Shown: one piece after another, positions 1 through 12,934 of the stretch
Position numbering within the stretch: position 1 is the first letter of the stretch
Layout of the letters: each line of letters starts with the position of its first letter
NCBI RefSeq assembly: GCF_947568905.1
Contig: NC_079170.1
Location: 22,444,001-22,508,000, forward strand
Direction of reading: 5' to 3'
DNA from: Ostrea edulis
Lineage: Eukaryota
DNA length: 64,000 nt
Program-made: the position numbers and the translations under genes
Notes under the pieces: generated by a model
Seen by the model: the letters and a program-made list of their open reading frames with translations, nothing else
Told to the model about the DNA's origin: nothing
Databases searched by the model: none

Positions 1-169
1 GAACCTTGAAAGTATACAATATGACTTTATATTTCGTTCGATATGTCAGAGGTAACCAGTGAAGCGATTTGAGAATGGGTGTAATATGCTCATGTTTCCG
101 TGAACGTGTCACTAGCATGACAGCAGTGTTTTGAACTTTCTGTAACTTCTGCAAGGATGCTGAATTAAC

Positions 170-925
170 ACCATAAAGAAGTGCATCTCTATAATCAAGA
201 ATCCTCCGTTATAAGAGATCTAATTTTCCCGATATTTCGAAGTTGAAAATAACATGATTTAGTCAATGTACTTATTAAAACATCCCAAGATTTTTGACAC
301 ATGAAGCACTAGTGACGACAGATCCACCGAAAGCCAGTTGATATCCCGAGAATTCACTAGCTTTACGTTTTGGTATAAAGATGATAAGTTCTGTCTTTCC
401 CTGATTTAGCTTGAGTATGTTGTTTTGCATTCAGTTGTCAATATGAGAAAGACATCGTTGAAGTATGTCTGCAATGCTGTCCCAGCTGTCGTTCTGATCT
501 GTAGTAATCAAGTATACCTGAGTGGCATCCGCGTAGCAATGATAACACATGTTATGCCTCCGACAAATTTGTCCGATTGGTTTGGAGAACATACAATATA
601 GACAATAAAGTCCTAATAGAGATCCCTGTGGAACAACAAAGTGAATTAGGAACTCTTTGGATACTGTAGATCCAACAGAAATTTGTTTATTTCGACCAGA
701 GAGATATGACTTGATCCATGACAGAGCCGATCCCGTGATACCAAAAGCATACCCCATACGTCTGATCAGCATATTATGATCTATGACGTCGAATGCGGCT
801 GAAAGATCAAGCATCACGAGCGCAACACATGAATTCTCGTCCAATGCAGAAGTTATATCACGGTGAACCCGTATTAAAGAAAGCAAAGTATATTGCGTTT
901 GCACATGTATGAATCGTAGCACCCT
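170..925 (-). mobile_element. Decayed non-LTR retrotransposon RT fragment (L2/CR1-type)
   Basis: ORF 431-922 contains LDLSAAFDVIDH, VPQGSLLG and YADATQ (degenerate YADDTQ). A VKNLGMF-like segment follows downstream in a broken frame. Confidence 0.8.
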
Positions 926-964
926 TGTCTAGCCCAGCAGCCCAGAAGCCATAGGACGAATAAA

Positions 965-1100
965 TATGAGTTCCCATACCTATACTTGATTCTTAAACTT
1001 TACCAAAACCCTTAAAGAAATAACGGAGTTACATTGCTGGATCCAGTAAATTTTCTATCAAGTCTTTGCTCCTCACGAAAATATTAACTGCTGTGAAGTT
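965..1100 (+). mobile_element. Short internal fragment of the Penelope-like RT element
   Basis: Nucleotide similarity to the LPYLYWIPKLHKNP...IAGSSKCS...LLTKILTAVK region of the copies at 29140-29260 (minus) and 45600-45740. Confidence 0.7.
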
Positions 1101-3147
1101 GAAACCTCAAACAGACAGCAGACACATCAATTGATGAATTTCTTCTTCAGATGACAGAGCAGACCAGACTGGTATTGAACTGTGTGAACCCTTATCATTT
1201 CTATGCCAAACAAATGGTGCAGGCTTGTGTTGGTGGAGAACACAATCAAGACGTCATTGGTGAACCAGCTTACAATGAGAAGATGCTGTTAAAGTATGCC
1301 AGCGTATCAACGAAGAGCAGGATGTACATCATCAGTGCCTGCTGATTTGAAAAGCATTCCAACTGACCCAGGCATCTTGTTTTCAAAGAATACAGTGGAA
1401 TTGCACTCTGGTCCATACGGAATAGTGGTGAACAATGAGATTCTGGAGTCGAACATTTATGGCAGTTTACACGCCAAAGAACTGGAGTCTCTCAGGAAGT
1501 CCTTTTTTATCGAAACCATTGTCACCAGCTACTAGTAAGTACAAACTCCCAAAGAGGGAAATGCTTTTTCAAGATATAACAGCAACATCAAATGGAGTGC
1601 CCCGTTTCTTCGAGATAGAAAGTATGTTATGTCAGTGAAAATAAAGAGAAAGAAATGCATTATCAGCCATACTACAATGGTCTACTGAGTCTTTTTGGAA
1701 TCCGTGGCGGTCTTTTCTTTGCCTTATTGAGCAAATTCAGCTTCACAAAAAAACTATTCCGTCGGTACTCGTCTTGTGTCACCAGCGGATTCTTTAAATC
1801 TACTGCTTCAGACAACTGAAACATATTGAGACTTCTATTTTCCCCCATGATATTCATCTCGAAAGGCTGGAAAACAGAGACTGATGGAGATCAGCAGTCC
1901 CCTCCTGATATAGTTAAAAGCACCAAGATAAGGAAACAGAGGTCGGTTATGTGACTACCCTTATCTGTATGATCCAGATTGATTCGAAGGAAAGGACAAA
2001 CTCCCAAGAGAGGGTAGCGTTCTGGCCTCTGAGGTGTTCCAGGACACCTAACTCGTCCAGCGGGCAATCTATATAAATCAGATCCTACGATACGCACAAA
2101 ATCGCTATAATAGGATCTGACATAACCCCATAGGGGGTCATGTCCACATGACCCTTTGCTTGGAATATTCATGAGAACAATCAGCCAGTCAGATTGCGCC
2201 ATACAGACAATGATGGCTATTTAGGCGGATCCCGTCAATTCGTAAACAAGTTCCCGTAATCTCTCTCCCATGAAGTTTATTGCACACTATAAAATTGTAT
2301 ATTCTCACATAAGGATTTTTACACCTTTGCAATAATGCATAATCTATTCCGTTCATACAAACAACAAAACGTACAATACAAAATACACCTACATTAAATT
2401 AATTGTAAATTGCTATTTATGTATGAATATGGATGGGTATGATTTGAATAGTGTGCAAGATGGTTTACTTAAAGAGCTTCGCACCTGACATTTGGAGTAA
2501 TATCAATTTTTTGGGAAGTGTATTTTTGATTTCTACATTGAAGGAGAATTAGGAAATTAAAAAGAAAAACTGGGGTCACAACGCTTGTTATTGAGCTATG
2601 GTGTTCTAAACATGACCTTTTCTGCACTTAAAATTTAATCAATTAAACTTGATTTTTCTGTTGGTGTCAACACAACATAAGCAACACAAATCAATCATTA
2701 CATAAAATAGATACATAATCATGTCCTCTAACGCTACAGATGAAAAATGAAATTAATACTATTAAAGGAATTAAATAATGACCTTTTTGGACTTGATATA
2801 CGAAAAACTTCGTGATATCAAATTGAGAGTTTAAAAGAACATATTAGGAGTACTGTCAATTCCTAAAATTTTACATACTTATCTAGGTCTGGTCTTCCAG
2901 TTTAAAATGCAACTGAAAAAAGTGGGGTTTGGAGATCCAATTTTTGAATTATATGCGAAAATACTGAATTTTTATACAAAATTTCGAGTAAATTAATTAA
3001 AACTTTTTTAAGAATCGGTGTTCTGTTTGAAAAAAATATACCAAACAAGTTAATAAATTGCAACATTTGAACTAGTTCTAAGTCTCAACTACCTGTATCA
3101 TAAATCATAAAACTGAAATACACGTATAGGATTATAGAAATAGACGA

Positions 3148-3532
3148 TGCATCAAAATTGGTACCGTATAAGTTTTACATTATGACCCCTGGGTCGAGGC
3201 CTCTGCTGGTGGACTGTTAGTCCCCGAGGGTCTCTACAGCCCAGTAGCTTAGTACTTCGTTACTGGCTTGAAAATACGGATGTATATTTAATTGCTGTTC
3301 TAAAATTTAGAAATTCATTTCAAAATTAAGGATTATCTCCCTCGTGCATAGCTCTTATCCTTGGACGAATTTGACTCCACTTTTTTGGCACGCTGTTTTT
3401 GGCTACATTTAGCTCTAAAACTTCATAGTTATTTCGGATTTCAAACATTTCGGTTGAGCATCACTGAAGAGACATTATTTGTCGAAATGCGCATCTGGTG
3501 CATCAAAATTGGTACCGTATAAGTTTTACATT
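3148..3532 (+). mobile_element. ~350-bp hammerhead-containing repeat (non-LTR retrozyme-like), monomer plus terminal redundancy
   Basis: A 34-bp direct repeat TGCATCAAAATTGGTACCGTATAAGTTTTACATT lies at 3148-3181 and 3499-3532 (period 351). Homologous copies occur at 25280-25525 (minus) and 27001-27363. Confidence 0.7.
3464..3504 (+). ncRNA. Hammerhead ribozyme core (type I-like)
   Basis: CTGAAGA, stem II GAC-attattt-GTC, GAAA, stem III TGCGC-atctg-GTGCA, then TC (AUC triplet, predicted cut after 3504). Helix I pairing is not obvious by eye. Confidence 0.6.
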
Positions 3533-4104
3533 GGATGAAACAGAAACTGTAATACCATGCAGAATTAGAACTTTTTGATTAGTGAATCCTTCCGCCACAA
3601 AATATAGTCCCTGTCAAACCTTTCAAAATTTGAATTGACACAAAAATTTCCAACTGGATAGCCTTCAGCAATAGATGTGTAATAGATTTACACCAATGGG
3701 AACAGTATTGAACTAGTGATTACTTAGTTGTAGCATCCTGCGCAGTTGTACTCAAAAGCTCAGGAGCTAACTCCCTTAATGAACGCGAGGAATATAACCC
3801 CAGTCAACGTAAACGGTACATTGTGATGTCATTTCTAGCTGTGATGTGTTTTCTTTCAAACCAAACAATCCCTGTAATTTTCCTTGAATTGTGAACACCG
3901 TCAATTTCATAGGCGACGCGCTGATTGGCTAACATAAAGTTCACATGAAAATGACGCCTAGTTGGAATATGTCAGATCTTCTTACGCAAAGTATACGGCG
4001 CGTATCTAAGAAATCTGATTTTAATGGTTTACCGGCGTGGAGTTATCGGCTCTTTTCCGCTAGACGGCGCTATCACCGCATTGGTCCTTCACTTTTGCTA
4101 CGTC

Positions 4105-7100
4105 ATGACGAGCAGAAAGATGTACGGCGAAATGAGATTGCCTGAATTGCGCAGAGAGTTAAGAAATAGGGGTGCTAAGTTGTCTGGACGCAAGAATGAA
4201 CTTATAGAAAGGTAAATACAAATAAAGAACTACATTTTGGTGGCTTCTGAGTCAGGTAAACAGTGCAAGTGAAGTAAACAAATAGGCGTACGTACACACA
4301 CACAAACAAAATGTGTGCCGTCAAGAAGCGGTACATTGTTTCACTTGACATGTGTGTTGTAGGCGCACATGTGTAAACATAACAATATATGTAAATGGAA
4401 AAAACATGTATACATGCATATATGATGTATATTAATTCCAAAATACATTTATTTGCCAAAAATATCCGATATATATGTCAATGATTGAGAAGAGAGAGGG
4501 TGGTGGGTGGGGAGGGGGGTGTAGACTGTGTGTCAGCTACCATTAGGAATACAATCATTGTACAATCACTCTGACCACAGAAACTCTGCAGACGGCCCTG
4601 AGACATGCCCTGTGTGTATCAAAACTATATACAACACCCTGCTGTCTTGGTCATGTAAATTTCAGTTAAATAACAATGACCATAGATGGACTCCACCCAC
4701 ATCCACTCCAGTGATCGATGTAGAAACCATATGGTATTTTGGGTGGTCTTTCAGGGATGTATCCACTCCCCCTAAAATTGACGAACCAGAGGTTGATTTT
4801 TGATAAAATGTGAAACAGCCATTAAGTGCATGGTCACAAAATGTTTAACTTATTTCTGAGTCCAAAAAATGGGTAGTGAAATGTAAGGGCCTCGCTCAGC
4901 GAGTCCCTACCCACCACAGGCACCTGAAATATGGATAGCTTGTATAGATCTTATGTACATAACCCCATCCCTCTAGAATGAAAATATTTTATACAAAACC
5001 AAAAAGATATAAGTCGTTCAGAATAGTATGCTTCTACCTTCTGTTAGCTTTTGAGATGACCACATGTGAGATACTAATATTTCCCCACCGAAAAGCTCGG
5101 GTTCCATGAGATAAATGGCAGAATAAGACAAATAAAACGGATGGCATGGGATTTAGACGAGAGACACAAGTAGAACTACATTAGCCTGATGAGATATTGG
5201 CAGAAATTCCTTCGATAAAGTTGGTTTTTACCCCGAGAATCGGTCTCGAAGCAGGTAGCCCCCTGTTTGTTTACATGATTTGTTGCACACCTTTACATAT
5301 ATTAGTATCTCACAACTGACATAATACATTTTATTGTAAATTAAAATCGTGCTTTGGAAACAATAAGAAGCCTATTTAATACAACTTGGGTTAAGAGATT
5401 CTCAAGCACCATCCCCTAGTGTCCCTTGCACTTTGATGATCAACTTTTTAAATATAATCATTATTGTTATACATGTACATATAGCAATGGTACATGTGAT
5501 GTAAATGCACTACATCTAGTCATATTTTTCAGTCCCCAATCATTGTTACCAATAACTCCAATCAATCTAAATTGTATTGTAATCAAAACTTTGTTAAATA
5601 CATGTATGCTATGCATGTCTGTCTCTTGTATATGTCTTAAATCATAACTGTTCTTTGTATATTTGCCCCTTGTGCATCCATAATTGGTCAAAAATTGCAG
5701 TCTACCTTAGATATTATTACATGTATTATGAATCAGTGTTGTGCTGATGTGAGTGGGATCTGAATGCAAGGTGAAGATAACGAACAGTGATCAATCTCAT
5801 AACTCCTACAAGCAATACAAAATAGATAGTTGGGCAAACACGGACCCCTGGACACACCAGAGGTGGGATCAGGTGCCTAGGAGGAGTAAGCATCCCCTGC
5901 TTTATATTTTGGCACATCCAAATCATATTTTTCTTTTGTCAAACTGCAACATACCAGCTAATAAACAGTCAGTGAAATTTAAAATTTTTTTTATAGCCAA
6001 TTAGTCTTGTTCTAGATGCACAAGAATCGACATGCACTATTGTAAAATAAATAAAGAGCTACATATAGTACAATGTATAATAATATTCGTACACGTGTGC
6101 ATTTGACTGTATTTTAGAGAATTCAGTTTTGTGGTATAACAAAACAAAATTATACAAACACAGTATTATTGACTCTCATGCCTCAGTTCACATGTTTACA
6201 GTCAAGCTATCTATAAAACATTTAATTATTTTTAAAAAATTACGGAGGCAGGTGTTAGTCATATTCTGATACAGAATAGTTACTTTAAATTGTCTATTAA
6301 ATTTATATTTTTCCTTCCAGATTAGAAGCTTATGACCGCAATAAAAACTTTGGTGTCTGTAGCGATGATTTTCCAGAGTACAACATACAGCTACCTGACC
6401 CACTGAAATACAAGGATTTAAACAGTGATTGCAAGACCGTGTCAGTGGAGCTTAACCATGTGCATTCATATTTATCTGGCTTTGACAAAGTGCTTGACAA
6501 GGTTCCCATTGAACTGTACAATGAACAATATCTATGCTACATTAGAATGTTTTTAGATGAGGAAATGCGGTGTTTTTATTTTCGGTCAGCGTGTAGAGCT
6601 GCAATGAAGAAGAGTGTGTTCTACAATATAGATGTAAGCATATCAAGTGAAAGTGATATTTTAGAATGCCAATGTGAGTGTGGTGCCGGAATGGGACCTG
6701 GGGCCCATTGCAAGCATGTGTGTGCGGTACTGTATGCACTTGTTATGTTTTCTAAAACCAAATTTGTCATTGTTGAAAACACATGCACAGAAAAACTTCA
6801 GTCATTTCACAAAGTAAAGAAACACACAGGTTCGCCTGTAAAAATGGAAAATGTCAGCATGGGATCCTTTCACAGAAACTCTGTTCACTTTGATCCACGC
6901 CCAGTTGGAGCTCCAGGAACTGACCCTGAGGAATATCAGCAGTATTTTCGTAATGTTTGTTTGAATTTCAAAGGTATTTCCCAAACTCCAATATTTCAGA
7001 TCTTTGAACCAGCAAATGGTAGGGCCTTGGAACATGATCATGACCACTTTGAAAAGACCCCAGAGGACAATTTCTTGGAGGTATTTGGACTAACTTCACT

Positions 7101-7749
7101 TACACAAAAACAAGCCGAAGGTATTGAGTTGAAAACACGAGATCAAGGTGCTAATTCTATCTGGATGGATGAAAGACGGAAGCGCATACAGTCTTCAAAT
7201 TTTGGACGAGTGTGTAAAATGACAGAAAAGACCAATAGAGAGAAACTTGCATTTTCATTGATCAATCAGAAAGATTTTATTTCAAAAGCTGATGGGCGAC
7301 AGAATGAAGACAAAGCAGTAAGCATGTATGAAAGAACAACAAAGAGTAGTGTGACCAGATGCGGAATATTTGTCCCACAGAACATGCCATTCATTGGAGC
7401 AAGTCCTGATGGAATAGTGTCGGATGACATTTTATTCGAAGTAAAATGTCCATTTACAGTAAAGAACAAAGAAATTAATGTGAAAACCGTACCATATCTT
7501 ACGGAGGGAGAAGTTGGACTTGAACTCAACAAGACTCACAACTATTATTATCAAGTTCAAGGACAAATGTTTTGTAGTGGTCGACGTATTTGTCATTTTG
7601 TAGTGTACATCATATCGGACATCAAATGTGTGTGCATTGAAAGAGATGATAGCTTCATTGCGCAAATGTTGGAGAAACTCCATGCATTCTATACACAGTA
7701 CTTCAAAACAGCTGTTTTGGAAAGATATTTTTATCGTGACTTGTATTGA
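4105..7749 (+). CDS. SAP - SWIM zinc finger - YqaJ (lambda-exonuclease-like PD-(D/E)XK) protein, ISL2EU ORF2, ~511 aa, 2 exons
   Basis: Exons 4105-4211 and 6321-7749 joined by a phase-2 GT-AG intron give LRRELRNRGAKLSGRKNELIER/LEAYD (SAP), CQCECG...CKHVCAVL (SWIM), and WMDERRKRIQSS, GASPDG, EVKCP, YYYQVQGQM (YqaJ). The spliced frame has no stops. Confidence 0.85.
5765..5899 (-). mobile_element. 3'-terminal fragment of the Penelope-like element, inside the ISL2EU intron
   Basis: Near-identical to 27900-28035 (TGCAAGGTGAAGATAACGAACAGTGATC...GGAGTAAG). Confidence 0.8.
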
Positions 7750-8332
7750 ACGGAATTTATTCTTTGTACCATATGGTAGATGTAATTGCCAAGTATGTAT
7801 ACTACCTTGGAACTCCCTACCTGTATGTACTACTATTCACATACACTGTACATTACTATTCAGTATTCACATACTGGTACATTTTTGTACATAATTCAGT
7901 TTGTAGAATAATGTAATGTTATTGACAATATATTTAAAAGATGGATGATGCTAAAGAAAACATTGTAATAACACATTTGTTGTCAATTTTATTTTAAGTA
8001 ACATTTCAGTTGGAGATGAGTTTCCACAATACACATGAAAACAAATACCGTGTATCAGGTAATTTTGCTGTGCTGCAAAAGTTGGTTTTTTTTTGGGGGG
8101 GGGGGTGGATAAAACAAATGCCAAAAAATAAAGCGCCAATATTTCCATTAAGATTTTTCGGAGTTAGCAATAGCAATCTTTTTTTTTTTTCTTTTTAGGT
8201 AAAAATGCGCCAAAATATAAAAGACCAAAATTTCAAACTTTTTTGACATCAAATTTGCCAAATATTCACGACGCCAAAATTACCTGATATTCCGTATGCA
8301 TATGTATATATAGATGTCGAACTATAGGATCA

Positions 8333-10553
8333 TTAAGCATCCCGAGGAACTATACCAGTCCTAAAATTGCAAAGCATAAAGCATACAAAAATGATATAAG
8401 AACTTAAGCTAGCCTCTGTTACATTCATGGGCTCTGCCAAAATTTTGTAAGTCTTGGCCAACCCAATAATTCTCTCTATATGTACACGTTTGGTTGAGAT
8501 ACGTCTGTCATTCATAACAGTTTTGCCACAGAGACGGTTTTTCTTCTTAAAAAAAGTAGGGACATTTATGGTTATATTTCTTGGTGCGAAAATGTCTTGG
8601 ACATTAAATCCCTTATCAGCCATAATACTATCATATGGATCACAATTGTGGAGCAAAGAGCTGCGTTCAGTAATCTGTCTGTCGCTTGCACTACCTCCAT
8701 ATGCACTTGACACAAAGGAAACTAGTCCACCAGGTGTTGCACCAACAAGAACTTTGGACGTATTACGATTTTTATAAGAAGAAAAAGTTAACTGTTGTGC
8801 TTTCGGATTTTTTGGTTTTTTGATGGGACATTCTGTCCCGTCTATTATAACTCTAGTTTTAGGGTACGACCTTTTAAATCCAGACGGGGTAATATGGCGA
8901 ACTAGTTCTTGTATGGGCTAGATATATTTACTTGTCTCCATTGATGTGATAAGAAAATTAATCCACGTAATTATGATATTTTGAACTATGTTCTCCGATA
9001 TGCCAAACATGCGCGATAGCTCAAAATTTGTGGTATTTCTTCTTAATTTGATCAGCGAAAAAAAATTTGATTTGGAACATCCAACTTTACAACCTGGTTA
9101 TACATGTAAATGAGGCAATATGCTACAGGACCCAAGGTGTGTAAAACAAAATAATTTTTTTAATATCCTCTAAACCAGTGTAAAAATGTACACCAGCAGG
9201 ATCATTGTTAAAGTTTTCTATGCTGAACATGGGTAGTTTAGTTGTTTGAGTTTCTATGGACAACTGCGTTTTGTCACAATCACCACTATCAGTTACAACA
9301 CTGTTCTCTTGGCCCTCTGGTGTAGATATTATTATTTCTTGCTGACATTCCAAATGAAGTTCATCCTCCAAAATCACCGAAACAGATGCATCCTCGTAGT
9401 CATTTACACATATATCACTTGAAACATCAAACTTCAGGCATTTAGCTGATCTCGCAGTGTACCTCGATTTTCTCTTCTCGGTGTTTTCAGTGGAGGCCTG
9501 TTTGTGTAGGATGATAATTTTAGAACTAAAAACACATAAGAATTCCTTTAACTGGTTTAACAGGTATTAAACTTTTTGGTACTAATTCTAGAATACTCGA
9601 GCCATTTACCTTTGTCCAGGTAAACTGCGATGGTACTGCAGTTTTCTTTAACACGCGTCTCTCTGCAGTCAACCCTGTTTTTATTCAGAAAAAAGGTAAA
9701 TTATCCATTTTTAAAAAAAATCATTTCTGTTTTTATATTCGAACAAAATTAAAAATATCTATAAACTTTAAAACTACTTTTATATTCAAAACATATTAAT
9801 CAATATTCTTCAATTTTGCAATTCTATTATTAAATATGCTGAAGGGATAGGGGGGGGGGGGGTAGGTTAATTACATTATTTATCTAAAAAAGAAAACTGT
9901 TTTTAATATAACCAAACAGATGGTGTAAAAATTTCTATTTTTGTGAAGACTTTTGTAATATATAAAGCACTGTCTGCAAGAATATACAGGTTTTGTGGTG
10001 CGTCAACGCCTAGCTGACATTTTTTTGCTTTTTGTTTGTAGTACGTTTTCAGTAAAGATAGGCTAACTGCAGGGTCAGGAAGATGTATAGGTATACAAAT
10101 TTGATTTCTTTAAGCCTATCTGTATATATAATAATTAAAGGGGATACGGGAATCACAGCAGCATATCAGATCTATAAACCCAAAGAGTTCTCAAACAGGG
10201 CCCGGACGCAGCTATATAAAGTAGCCTAGTGTTGGACCGCTGTCATGTATTCTCTGCGTACACCTGATAATGATACATGTAGTATTTATATAATTAACTA
10301 CATATGTATCTGAATATAAAATATGTTATTTGTGAATAAATGCCAACCGTGATAAGTAACTCCGACATAATCATCGTCTTTGAAATGAGAACGGCAGATG
10401 TAAACAAATCTGCTAGGGGGTTCCCACTTTTGATACTTTTGTTTTCCCTCGCCGAATGGCTTGGATCCATGTATCCCTGCGATCCTTGTTTAAAGGAAGA
10501 ATGTGGTCACCTTTGTTTCTGCATTCAGGTACAATACAGCATGTCTCAGGCAT
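8333..10553 (-). pseudogene. THAP - HTH - DDE_Tnp_4 (HARBI1-like) transposase of the ISL2EU element, disrupted
   Basis: Exons ~10348-10553, 9610-9674 and 8333-9497. THAP (MPETCCIVPEC...W...ICRSHF...KTAVPSQF), LIKLRRN helix, IIDGTE / MADKGF / VHIERIIG triad. Frameshifts near 10440, 9150 and 9060 and an in-frame TAG at 8918-8920. Confidence 0.9.
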
Positions 10554-11605
10554 AATAAACAAGTTAAAACGCGCGTTACAACTTTTACATATTTTGTTTA
10601 CACAACGTCACCATAGGACTAATGCGGTGACAGCGCCAACTATTTATAAATCAAAGAACGATAACCGACGCCGTTACGCCATTAGATTGGTCCAGAGGCT
10701 TTCTGAATCCAACACGACTAAAGAGACTCCTCTAAATTCTACATGTAAACGTGTTTAAGGTTGATCGATCCTCATGTGATGTCATAGGTTTTTGCAAAAA
10801 TCTTAATAAATTAAACTTTGCACATGATACAAATATATCTTTCTGAGGAATTTTATTCACTGGATATAATAAAAAATCTGGTAAACTATTATTGCTGAAA
10901 ACGTTTATATTTTCCATAGATAATCAATTATTTATGATTTAAAAAATGTTGTGAAGGGCAATAACTCCTATGCTAGAATTTCCTCTACTGGATGTCTATT
11001 ATACATTGGTTTCCCTAATATCCACAATTAATCTATACATATTCATGAATTAGCAGTTTTTAAAAACTGTTGATATTTAAATTTTGTCATTTCAACAAGT
11101 TTTTATCTATTTTTATTATTCTGTTTAACGACAATGAGTGATTTTCTAATGTTGATGTATGCTTCTGTTTTTATATATCTGACATCTTTAAAAAGGTGGC
11201 AACATATACATTTGTTTGGTCATTAATTAAAATAAACTATATTGGGTGCAAATTGATAAAGTTTTTCCACTTTTAACCATTGATATTGATAAGTCACATG
11301 AGGATGGAGCTACCTTAAATACATATACTCCTTTCTTGCCTAGAATGTTGTTTCATACTTAAAAAAAGCACAGTTAACAGTGAGAATTATGTACTAGTAT
11401 ATTGATCTGTAATATAAAATTCATGTATGTGTTTGTTTGTTCACTAGTTCTATTTCAATGTAATGTAGATTGTAGTTAAGATTTAAAATATAAGGCATGT
11501 AAATGTGAGAACATAGAGAACATTCAGTGTTACAATGATACGAAATTTGTAATTCTAACCATGCTTATCATAATACGCCTTTGCTATAAGTTAGTGATAT
11601 TTTGA

Positions 11606-11745
11606 GTCGACATGGGATGTTTACTCCTCCTAAGCATCTGATCCCACCCCTGGTGTGTCCAGGGGTCCGTGTTTGCTCAACTATCTATTTTGCATTGCTT
11701 GTAGGAGTTATGAGATTGATCACTGTTCGTTATCTTCACCTTGCA
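11606..11745 (+). mobile_element. 3'-terminal fragment of the Penelope-like element
   Basis: Reverse-complement match to 27900-28040, ending ...TTATCTTCACCTTGCA. Confidence 0.8.
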
Positions 11746-12688
11746 TACGAAGACCTTGTTTTGACTTTAAATACATGCGGCCTGTATTCTAATTAAGTTC
11801 GCAAAAAAATCTTCAAACTTCATTTTTCAAACCTGGGTGAGAAACTATTGACTCTCTACCATCTGAGCTATCTGACCGCCAAATTCATGTATCTCCTTCC
11901 ATAAACTATCTTCACAATTTGAAGACATCAATCTAGAATCTTAATCCTGATCCCCTGGAAAGCATTTTCACCTTTCAGTTCCAGGGGCTGCCAGGTCTGC
12001 GGCACCAAATGTAACAGCAGGGGGAATTTAACGGAATTTAATTGGAAAAGATTCTGTCGAAACCACAGTTTTCTTTGGTATTCAGAAATAGTAGAACAAT
12101 ATTCGTTTTCTAATACATTGTCTATAATACCATGGCGCTTGTAAGCAAACAACAGCCGAACATTTGACAGTAAAGATATGGGTTTCCATACAACAGCCGA
12201 TCAGTTTGTGTAAAAAGATTTCCGCTAGTGTTGAGTGTAGTGAAATTTCGCTGTGTTTAATTTGTATACCCTCTGCCCAAGGGTGTGTATTTATATCTAT
12301 ATGCAATTTGAGGTGAAAATCCATATGACGTATATGATGTGGGTATTTATATCTATGCATTATTTGACGTGTAAATCCATGTGACGTTCATAGCATAATG
12401 ATATATTTCATCGACATTATCGATAGTCACAAGCTTAACTTCTAATCACTTTGGGAGTTTGTCATAAAACGAAATAAAAATACCGAGCATCTTTGACTTT
12501 TATTCTACCGTCAGTAAAATTAAATACTTGTTATTTTACCTTTATAAAACGTGACACTGTTCGTTATCTTCACCTTTCATTTGATACTTTAGTTTTAGAA
12601 CTTAAGGTTTCAATCGAAAGTTACATAATATTAATCCTGAAATATACAGAGTGTGTGAATTTTTTTATTTCGTATATCTTTTGTATCT

Positions 12689-12934
12689 GACACCTCCTTG
12701 GCCGAGTGGTTAGAGCACCGCGCTCAAAATCACACGGACTCTCACCTCTGTCGGCGCGGGTTCGAATCCCGCTCGCGCCGGTAAGTGAAAAGTTCCCCAG
12801 TTTACTTTCGGAAGGTCTGTGGTCTCTTCCCAGGTACATTGTATCTGGGTTCTCTCTCCCACCAATAAAAACTGAGCGTCACCAGATAACTGAAGAATTG
12901 TTGAGTGTAGCAAAAACATCAATCAATCAATCAA
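12689..12934 (+). mobile_element. tRNA-derived SINE
   Basis: Pol III A box TGGCCGAGTGG (12699-12709) and B box GGTTCGAATCC (12759-12769), an unrelated body, and an (ATCA)n tail. Confidence 0.85.

Larger units (their letters stand above)
4026..10680. mobile_element. Full-length ISL2EU-type (PIF/Harbinger group) DNA transposon
   Basis: AT|GG...CC|AT ends with an AT TSD at 4024-4025 and 10681-10682. Imperfect TIRs (GGTTTACCGGCGTGGAGTTATCG vs GGCGTAACGGCGTCGGTTATCG) plus a second inverted block at 4066-4088 / 10615-10637. Two convergent genes: THAP-DDE transposase and YqaJ nuclease. Confidence 0.85.

Noticed and set aside
1891-1893. Selenocysteine TGA read-through
   Set aside because: No SECIS was recognised and the region looks decayed, so a nonsense mutation is simpler.
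12689-12790. Functional tRNA gene
   Set aside because: It has A/B boxes but no clean cloverleaf, and it runs into a SINE body and (ATCA)n tail.
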